32,000 nucleotides of DNA from Phycisphaera mikurensis NBRC 102666 (lineage in GTDB: Bacteria > Planctomycetota > Phycisphaerae > Phycisphaerales > Phycisphaeraceae), in the NCBI RefSeq assembly GCF_000284115.1, contig NC_017080.1:3570001-3602000 (forward strand). Reading direction: 5' to 3'. Below are positions 22,894 to 32,000 of the stretch, piece by piece; position 1 is the first letter of the stretch, and each line of letters starts with the position of its first letter. The translations under genes and the position numbers were made by a program. Below the pieces are notes generated by a model that was not told the DNA's origin, searched no databases, and saw nothing but the letters and a program-made list of their open reading frames with translations.

Positions 22894-25305
22894 ATGAGCT
22901 GGACGCTCGCGCGGCTGGGCAGCCGCTTCTCGCTGCTCTTCGAGCCGCACCACCACCGCGTCCGGACCTCGGCGCTCGGCCGCTTCCTCGACGAGCCGAT
23001 CGACCTCGCCGTCGGCCTCATCGAGCCCGACGGGACGCACCGGGCGCTCCCGTTCACCCGGGAGGTCGCCCAGACGCGGACGACGCCGGGCCGGGGGCAG
23101 GACCGGTCGGCGACCCGCAAGGTGCGGCCCTTCGACAACGCCGAGCAGTTCGAGCGGATCAACTCGGTGACCTTCCGCGGGTACTCCTCGGCGTGGCGGC
23201 TGCGCTTCGAGTTCAACGTCCACGGCGTCTTCTACCCGCAGGACCGGGCGCTGTGCCTCTGCCCCGCCTTCTACCTGGAGATGCGGGTGCACGCGACCGG
23301 CCCGCAGCGGCACGCCCCCGCCGCCGGGCCGACGCCGACCAGCGTGCCGCTGTTCATCCGCGTGGGAGCGCCCGGCCGGGCGCCTTCCGCCAGCGCCCCC
23401 AACGATCGGCTGCCCCGGATCGACTTCGCCTACGCGAATCCCCTGCGGCCCGAGATGCACCCGCGGCACGAGGCGGCGGCGCGGCGGGACCACGCGGACT
23501 CCCCTCCCCCGCCCGCCGTGGCGAGCGTGCGGGAGCGGATCGTCTCGCTCAACCCGGGGGCCTGGCCGATCGACCCGGACCGCGAGGGCGGCGGCGGCGC
23601 CGGGCTGCGGCTCGACCTGCCGGTGAGCGACGCGGGCGAAGGCATCAAGTGGCGCCTGGTGTGGGCCGCTCACACCGCCGACCCGGTCATGAGCGTCCGC
23701 CGGGGGGCCGGGCCGCCCACGCCCGCCCGCCTCGCCTACACCGACACGCTGCCGGACCTCGACGCGGTGGTCGCCGACGCGATCGAGCACCGCGACGACC
23801 GCCTCGCCCTGTCGCGCCGCTTCGAGAAGCTCCTGGGCCAGGCGCCGCTGGACGCCCCGCAGCAGCACCTGCTCGCGCAGAGCTTCCAGACGTACCTGGG
23901 CAACACGTGGTGGTGCACGGGCGAGCTGCCGGCGGCGGAAACGCAGGCCGGCGCGGAGGCCGACGCGTCCGCGGGCGAGGCCGGGCCGGCGCCGCGGCTG
24001 AAGCTCGAGCCCGGCGAAGGCCGCCGCTTCCCGTGGTTCTCGGTGTGGGAGGGCTCGTCGCTGCTGCACTCCACCGTCGACGCGGAGTACAACAGCTCGC
24101 TGTTCGCCCTGTGCCTCTGGCCGGACCTGCTGGCGTTGCAGCTGCGGCAGTGGGCGGAGCGGCTCGAGCCGCACGCGGCCTCGGGCGGCGCGATCCTCCA
24201 GCACGATCTGGGATCGGGCAACGACGCGAGCGGGCAGGCCTCCCGCTACCGGATGGCCGTGGAGGAAAACAGCAACTTCCTGCTGCTGCTCCAGACGTAC
24301 ACCCGCTGGACCGGCGACCGCTCGGTGGCGCGGGCGCTGGCCGCGACCGCCAGCTCCCTCACCGCCTACCTGCTGTGGTGCGACCGCGAGAACGACGGCT
24401 TCCCCGACGACCCCGGGGAGAACACGATGATCGACGGCCCGGCGGCGCTGCGGCTGGCCCGCCGTCCCACCTACCCCGCGGTCAAGCGGCTGGCGGCGTT
24501 GCAGGCCTCCGCCGACCTCCTCCGCCTCGCCGGCCAGGACGACGCCGCGCGCGACACCGAGTCCATCGCCGACGCCGACGCGGCGAAGATCGAGTCCGCG
24601 GCCTGGCTCGGCGATCACTACGCCATCGCCGCCGACTCCTCCGCGCTCGAGCGGGTCGACCCCGACACCGGCAAACCGCTTCCCTTCGTGGAGATCGGCG
24701 GGACCGACGCGTACTCCATCCACACCTCCAACGGCCTGCTGCTGCCGGCGATGATCGGCCGGCCCGCGCTGCTCGACCGCGAGCGGCTGCTGACCGACCT
24801 GATCTCCGCGGACCGCGAGTGCGCCAGCCGCTACGGCGGGGGCCATTCCTCGGACGCGGTGGAGAACCTGCGGGTGTCGCTGAACCTCTGGCGCGACCTC
24901 TTCGCCCGCTACGCCGGGCTCTCGGGCGTGTCCTCGGCCGGCCGCTACTGGGACCTTCAGGTCATCAGCAACACCGCCGGCAACTCGATGGGCTTCGCCG
25001 ACGCGTACATGAACGACGAGCTCAGCCACTACCCCCGCGGCGTGGTGTGCCTGGGCTGGTTCCTCGCCACGCCACGCCTGACGATCGACCGACTCGCCCC
25101 CGCCGGGCCCTACCTCACGGTCAACCCCGACCGGCACGCGGCGCAGCGCTGGCCGCTGCTCCCGCTGGCGGATTGGTCCGCGGGCAAGGTGCCGGTCTGC
25201 GTCGTCAGCCCGCGCGGCGACGTCCACATCGAGGCCCCGACCGATCCGGTCATCGTGCACGGGGCGGTGGACTCGGATCCGGAAGAGATCGAGTTCATCG
25301 GGTAG
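22894..25305 (+). CDS. Large (alpha/alpha)6-barrel glycoside-hydrolase-like protein, possibly GH52-related
   Basis: About 804 aa from ATG 22894 (GTG 22834 and TTG 22885 are also in frame). FPWFSVWEGSSLLHSTVDAEYNSSLFALCLWPDLL, GGAILQHDLGSGNDASGQASRYRMAVEENSNFLLLLQTYTRWTGD and NDELSHYPRGVVCLGWFL resemble GH52-like regions recalled from family knowledge. Confidence 0.5.
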   Translation: MSWTLARLGSRFSLLFEPHHHRVRTSALGRFLDEPIDLAVGLIEPDGTHRALPFTREVAQTRTTPGRGQDRSATRKVRPFDNAEQFERINSVTFRGYSSAWRLRFEFNVHGVFYPQDRALCLCPAFYLEMRVHATGPQRHAPAAGPTPTSVPLFIRVGAPGRAPSASAPNDRLPRIDFAYANPLRPEMHPRHEAAARRDHADSPPPPAVASVRERIVSLNPGAWPIDPDREGGGGAGLRLDLPVSDAGEGIKWRLVWAAHTADPVMSVRRGAGPPTPARLAYTDTLPDLDAVVADAIEHRDDRLALSRRFEKLLGQAPLDAPQQHLLAQSFQTYLGNTWWCTGELPAAETQAGAEADASAGEAGPAPRLKLEPGEGRRFPWFSVWEGSSLLHSTVDAEYNSSLFALCLWPDLLALQLRQWAERLEPHAASGGAILQHDLGSGNDASGQASRYRMAVEENSNFLLLLQTYTRWTGDRSVARALAATASSLTAYLLWCDRENDGFPDDPGENTMIDGPAALRLARRPTYPAVKRLAALQASADLLRLAGQDDAARDTESIADADAAKIESAAWLGDHYAIAADSSALERVDPDTGKPLPFVEIGGTDAYSIHTSNGLLLPAMIGRPALLDRERLLTDLISADRECASRYGGGHSSDAVENLRVSLNLWRDLFARYAGLSGVSSAGRYWDLQVISNTAGNSMGFADAYMNDELSHYPRGVVCLGWFLATPRLTIDRLAPAGPYLTVNPDRHAAQRWPLLPLADWSAGKVPVCVVSPRGDVHIEAPTDPVIVHGAVDSDPEEIEFIG

Positions 25306-25593
25306 CCGATCGCCGACGCGCGTGGTTTGCGCCGGTCCGTCGCCGCGCGTGCCGAGACGCCGGCGTGGAGCTCGCCGGTCGTGCTCCGGGAGGTGCCGGG
25401 CACGCCCCGCGAGCCCGCGGGTGCCCGCGGGCCGGACGCCCGGCGGGCTCCCGCGGACCGCGGTCGTTTCGGAACCAAAAGCCCGACGGTCCGCGGGATC
25501 CGCGTCGGGAGGCGCGGCGGCGCCGCCCCGAGCACGCGGCGACGGCCGCCGCTCCCGCCGGGGACGCCCGATCGTTTCCAGACGCGGCCCAAA

Positions 25594-25627
25594 GCCGCGG
25601 GCGGAGCCTTTGGACCCCGCCCGCGGC
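25594..25627 (-). terminator. Hairpin downstream of the DUF11 lipoprotein gene, candidate terminator
   Basis: GCCGCGGGCGG (25594-25604) pairs perfectly with CCGCCCGCGGC (25617-25627), an 11-bp stem. On the minus strand it is followed by a short TTT. Confidence 0.45.
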
Positions 25628-25668
25628 GCTGTCTCAAGATTCAGCGGAGCCCCGCAGGGGGCGGTGAC

Positions 25669-27378
25669 TCACTCGTAGAGGTTCGTCGACTCCGTCTCCG
25701 AAACCGGACGGCCCAGCTGGTCGCTGTTCATCGTGACCTGGAAGCGGGCGTCGGCCTTGCTCTCGGCCTTGACGGTGAGCCGCCAAGTGGAGGCGTCGCC
25801 GGGGGCCAGCTCGGGCACCGACTGCATCGTCACGGTGCCGCCCTCGGCGGTGACCTCCGAGGAGCCGGTGCCGCTGACGAAGCTCATCGAGTCCTCGAGC
25901 TCGCAGACGATCGAGACGTTCGTGTCCCGCGCCGAACCCTGGTTCGTCACCGTGATGACGTAGACGGTCTCGTCACCGACGGTCACCGGGTCCACCTCGT
26001 CGACAACCTCCATCAGAAGCGCCGGGATGCCCTGCAGGTCCGTCTCGGCCTGGGCGGTCGCCTCGGCGGCGCAGTCGGCCCGGGCGGCCGCGGTGGTGCG
26101 GACCGGAGCCCGCTGCGTGCCGGAGAGGTCCAGCGAGACGGTCCGCTCCGCGCCGGCGGCCAGCTCGTTGAGCTGCCACGTCACCGCGCCGCGCTCGCCG
26201 CTGCGGGTGCCGCCGTTGTCCACCGACGCGATGGTCACGCTCGGGGGCACGACCACCGTGACGACGGTCCGCGGGGCGGGGCCGTCACCGATGTTCTTGA
26301 CCGTGTAGGTGTGCGTGAAGGGCCGGCCGATGAAACGCATCTCCGGCGCTTCGGCCGTGATCTCGAGGCGGGCTTCGGTCACGGCGGTCGTCACCGCGTC
26401 GGCTTCGGCCGAGAGGCCGTTGGCGCCGGTCGCCTCGCCGGCGAGCTCGACGCTGCCGGTGGTCGACGGGCGGACGACCCGCTTGAACTCCAGCGTCTTG
26501 CCCGCCGGCACGTCGCCCACGTCGATGCGGACCTCGCTCTCACCCCCGTCGAGCGTCACGCCCGCCGGCAGCGCCTCCCGCACGACGACGCCGCGGGCGG
26601 TGCCCGTGCCGTCGTTCGAAACCGCGTAGATCACCTCGTAGCCGGCGCACTGCAGCGTCGTCTCCGGGGCCCGCAGGGCGAGGTTCAGCGCCGGGCTGAC
26701 GACGGCCAGCTGCGAGCACAGCGTCGGGTCGTAGCTGACGGTGGAGCACTGGCGGATCGGCTTCGCCTCGTTGGCCACGGCGGAGACGCGGATCGTCTGC
26801 GAGGCGTTCGCGGCGAGGTTCAGGTTCCACTTCGCTTCGCCGCCGCTCTCGCTGGAGGGCTCGGGCGTGGCCGAACGGATCTCCATGTGATCCGGCACCG
26901 GCTCGTTCACCACGACGCCGTCGATGGGCTCGCCGGTGAGGTTGGTGACCTTGATCATGTAATCGAAGGGCTTGTCCAGGGCGACCTCGGCGGGCAGCTG
27001 CTTCTCGACGAGCAGGCTCGAGGTCGAACGCTCCCCGGTGGGGTAGAGCAGCGTCAGCGGGGCACCGGCGGGCGCGGCCGAAGCCGAGGAAGAGGCGTCA
27101 CCGCCGCCGCCGCCGCCGCTGTTGCTGTTGCCGGTGAAGCCAGCCGTGCGCACGCCCGGCCGGCCCTGGCCGTCGATGCGGAGGCCGTCGGCCGCCGAAG
27201 CGGGGCTGTTGCGCCCGGCCGTGTCGGTCACGCTGGGCGCGGAGCCGGGCGTGTCGTCCGCCGTGCGGTTGCCTGCGCAGCCGGAGAGCCCGAGGAAGAG
27301 GGCCCCGCCCAGCGCCAGCGCCGGGGCGAAGCGTGCGGTGCGGGGGAGGTTGGGAGCGTTCGCGTCCATGTGAATCAT
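25669..27378 (-). CDS. Lipoprotein with repeated DUF11/OmcB-like domains
   Basis: 569 aa: lipobox ALFLGLSGC, a poly-Gly/Ser linker, then repeated domains ([28 protein letters not shown]; [28 protein letters not shown]; [26 protein letters not shown]; [26 protein letters not shown]). GGAG lies upstream of the start. Confidence 0.85.
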   Translation of the reverse strand: MIHMDANAPNLPRTARFAPALALGGALFLGLSGCAGNRTADDTPGSAPSVTDTAGRNSPASAADGLRIDGQGRPGVRTAGFTGNSNSGGGGGGDASSSASAAPAGAPLTLLYPTGERSTSSLLVEKQLPAEVALDKPFDYMIKVTNLTGEPIDGVVVNEPVPDHMEIRSATPEPSSESGGEAKWNLNLAANASQTIRVSAVANEAKPIRQCSTVSYDPTLCSQLAVVSPALNLALRAPETTLQCAGYEVIYAVSNDGTGTARGVVVREALPAGVTLDGGESEVRIDVGDVPAGKTLEFKRVVRPSTTGSVELAGEATGANGLSAEADAVTTAVTEARLEITAEAPEMRFIGRPFTHTYTVKNIGDGPAPRTVVTVVVPPSVTIASVDNGGTRSGERGAVTWQLNELAAGAERTVSLDLSGTQRAPVRTTAAARADCAAEATAQAETDLQGIPALLMEVVDEVDPVTVGDETVYVITVTNQGSARDTNVSIVCELEDSMSFVSGTGSSEVTAEGGTVTMQSVPELAPGDASTWRLTVKAESKADARFQVTMNSDQLGRPVSETESTNLYE

Positions 27379-27580
27379 CGTCTCCGAAAGAGGTTGCAGT
27401 CGTCCGCGGCGGGCGACGCCCGGCGGACCCCCCGCACGCGCGGGAAGGGCCTTTCGGCTGAAGTCGCTCCAGCCGTCCCCTTCTGACTCTAGAGGTGTGC
27501 CTGCGGATCACAAGACCTCGCCTCGATCAGCGGCCCGATCCGGGCGAGACCCACCCACCGGCGCTACGATCCGCCGCACC

Positions 27581-28504
27581 ATGGCCGTGAAGTTCGAGGA
27601 CTACTACAAGCTGCTCGGCGTCGAGCGTTCCGCGCCCGCCGACGAGATCAAGGCGGCGTACCGCAAGCTCGCGCGGAAGCTGCACCCCGACGTCAACAAG
27701 GACGATCCAACGGCCGCGGAGCGGTTCGGCAAGGTCAGCGAGGCCTACGAGGTGCTGTCCGATCCCGACAAGCGGGAGAAGTACAACCGGCTCGGCGAGC
27801 ACTGGAAGCACGGCCAAAACATCGGCCCCGACGACTTCGGCTTCCGCGGCGGCCGCGGCGCGGGCCCGGGCGGGCCCGGCGGCGGCGGCTTCCACTTCAC
27901 CGGGGCCGACTCCAGCGACTTCTTCGAGAGCCTCTTCGGCCAGCGGCCCGGCGGCCGCTCGCGCGGCGGCGGGGACCCCTTCGGCGGCTTCGGCGGCGGC
28001 GGCCGGGCCGCCCCGCCGCCGCGGGACCAGGAGCACGAGATCGAGATCGACCTCGCCGACGCGGCCCGCGGCGCCTCGATGACCCTCACCGTGCAGGGCG
28101 AGATGGCCAAGAGCAGGCAGCTCGACGTCAACATCCCGCGCGGCGTGAAGGACGGCAGCGTCATCCGCCTCAAGGGCCAGGGCTTGCGGCTGAGGATCCG
28201 GCTCAAGAAGCACCCGCGCTTCGACGTCGACGGCCACAACCTCACCGCCGAGGTGCCGATCGATCCGGCCACCGCGGCCCTCGGCGGCAAGGTCGACGTG
28301 CCCACCCTCGACGGCGACGTCGAGATGTCGGTTCCGCCCGGCGCCTCCAGCGGCGCCCGCCTCCGCCTCCGCGGGAAGGGCCTGCCGACGTCGGCCTCGG
28401 GTGAGGGAGCCGGCGACCTCTTCGCCCGCCTCAAGATCGTCGTCCCACGCGACCTGACCGACGCCCAACGCGCCGCCTACGAGGCGCTCCGCGCCGCAGA
28501 CTGA
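27581..28504 (+). CDS. cbpA: DnaJ/CbpA-type J-domain co-chaperone (no zinc-finger domain)
   Basis: [42 protein letters not shown]...HPD motif, G/F-rich linker, and a DnaJ C-terminal domain ([23 protein letters not shown]...[27 protein letters not shown]). Confidence 0.88.
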   Translation: MAVKFEDYYKLLGVERSAPADEIKAAYRKLARKLHPDVNKDDPTAAERFGKVSEAYEVLSDPDKREKYNRLGEHWKHGQNIGPDDFGFRGGRGAGPGGPGGGGFHFTGADSSDFFESLFGQRPGGRSRGGGDPFGGFGGGGRAAPPPRDQEHEIEIDLADAARGASMTLTVQGEMAKSRQLDVNIPRGVKDGSVIRLKGQGLRLRIRLKKHPRFDVDGHNLTAEVPIDPATAALGGKVDVPTLDGDVEMSVPPGASSGARLRLRGKGLPTSASGEGAGDLFARLKIVVPRDLTDAQRAAYEALRAAD

Positions 28505-28628
28505 CTCGCTTCCGTGGCGTCGGGCTCGCCCGAGAAGCCCCGGAGCTCCCGGCTCGCCGGGTCGGCGCAGGACCGGCGGGCGGGCCCGACGCCACGAGCC
28601 CCCGAACCCGCCCCGCCCGAAAGACGCC

Positions 28629-31253
<2,625 letters not shown>

Positions 31254-31311
31254 CCCGCAGCCCCGGGCGAGAGCGGGCGGAGAGCGGGCCGGCCTGCCGC
31301 TCGCTCCCGCC

Positions 31312-31920
31312 TCACCGCTTCCGCTGGAGCACCAGGTCCCCCGTGCTCCGGTAGGTCAGCAGCAGCGCCCCCGTCGCGGCGGCCGCTTCGAACACCGCTT
31401 CCACCACGGCCTCCTCTCCGGGCCACGGGTAGGCGTAGACGAGGGCGGCGTCCGAGGGATCCAGCCCCAACGCGTCGTGCCCGTCGGCCAGCCCGGTCGC
31501 CAGCGTCGCCAGATCGTCGGCGACGTCCGCGAGGCCGTCGTGCTCGGGCGGGATGAAGCTGCCGTGGGCGAAGGCGACGGCGAGGCCGTGCGACGCGGCG
31601 AGGTCCTCGGCCTCCTCCACGAGCGCGGCTTGGGCCTCGATCCCCGCGGAGTCGAAACCAAGCGTCGCCGCGAGGCATGCGGCGACGCCGACGCCCGAGC
31701 CCCACTCCAAGAAGTTCGAGCCCGGCGCGAGCCGGCCGCCGCGGACCGCGGCAAGCCCGGCGTGCACCCACGCGTAATCCGCGGGCACGAAGGAGCCCAA
31801 GCCTTCGGGATCACGCCGACGGAGGTCGTCGATGCGGGTGTCGGCATCCGCGAGCAGACGCTCCGTGGCGGGTGGGAGCGGTGCCGCGGCCGGAGTGAAA
31901 GGCACCTCGATCAGCGGCAT
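31312..31920 (-). CDS. Small class I SAM-dependent methyltransferase-like protein
   Basis: 202 aa: YAWVHAGLAAVRGGRLAPGSNFLEWGSGVGVAACLAATLGFDSAGIEAQAALVEEAEDLA (Rossmann GxGxG). Confidence 0.65.
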   Translation of the reverse strand: MPLIEVPFTPAAAPLPPATERLLADADTRIDDLRRRDPEGLGSFVPADYAWVHAGLAAVRGGRLAPGSNFLEWGSGVGVAACLAATLGFDSAGIEAQAALVEEAEDLAASHGLAVAFAHGSFIPPEHDGLADVADDLATLATGLADGHDALGLDPSDAALVYAYPWPGEEAVVEAVFEAAAATGALLLTYRSTGDLVLQRKR

Positions 31921-31955
31921 CGGCGGACGCTCCGGATCCGCCCCGGGGGCGGGGT

Positions 31956-32000
31956 TCAGCGGCTGAGCCGGACGATCGTGCCCGTGGCGGGCAGGTCGCC
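31956..32000 (-). CDS. C-terminal end of a gene running off the window (function unknown)
   Basis: The minus strand reads ...GDLPATGTIVRLSR* with its stop at 31956-31958. Only 14 codons are visible. Confidence 0.3.
   Translation of the reverse strand, partial: GDLPATGTIVRLSR

Noticed and set aside
22339-25260. 973-aa minus-strand ORF and 1133-aa alternative plus-frame ORF
   Set aside because: Shadow ORFs over the cysteine desulfurase and the GH52-like gene, without family signatures.
31255-31311. Imperfect inverted repeat between convergent clpB and the methyltransferase gene
   Set aside because: It could be a terminator, but the stem has mismatches and no T tract, so it is not called as a feature.

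Overview
GC-rich chromosomal window. Gene content, PEP-CTERM-like and DUF11 proteins suggest a planctomycete (Phycisphaerae-like); this is inference. In order it carries: a partial ribulokinase (-); a BshB1/LmbE-like deacetylase; an IS5-type element (2120-3550) with CTAG target duplications that overlap the deacetylase stop codon; an abutting REP-associated tyrosine transposase (RAYT) unit bounded by perfect 22-bp inverted repeats; egtB; a Kelch-sodium:solute symporter fusion; a LacI regulator; a frameshifted IS630 element; egtD; an M14-type deacylase; a PEP-CTERM-like protein; a HAD phosphatase; a PAS/degenerate histidine-kinase protein; an overlapping block of GT4, sugar transferase and ruvC; a SIS-domain protein; tRNA-Leu(GAG); aspartate kinase; a cysteine desulfurase; a GH52-like hydrolase; a DUF11 lipoprotein; a CbpA-like DnaJ; clpB; and a small methyltransferase. 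I see no CRISPR array or obvious new defence system. The most interesting signal is regulatory. A TANNNT (mostly TA-S-C-K-T) hexamer lies exactly 6 nt upstream of the start codon of eight genes, and at 5-10 nt for several more. This implies pervasive leaderless transcription. Two genes (GT4 and RAYT) have ATC, not ATG/GTG/TTG, exactly where homologues start and exactly where this motif predicts initiation.
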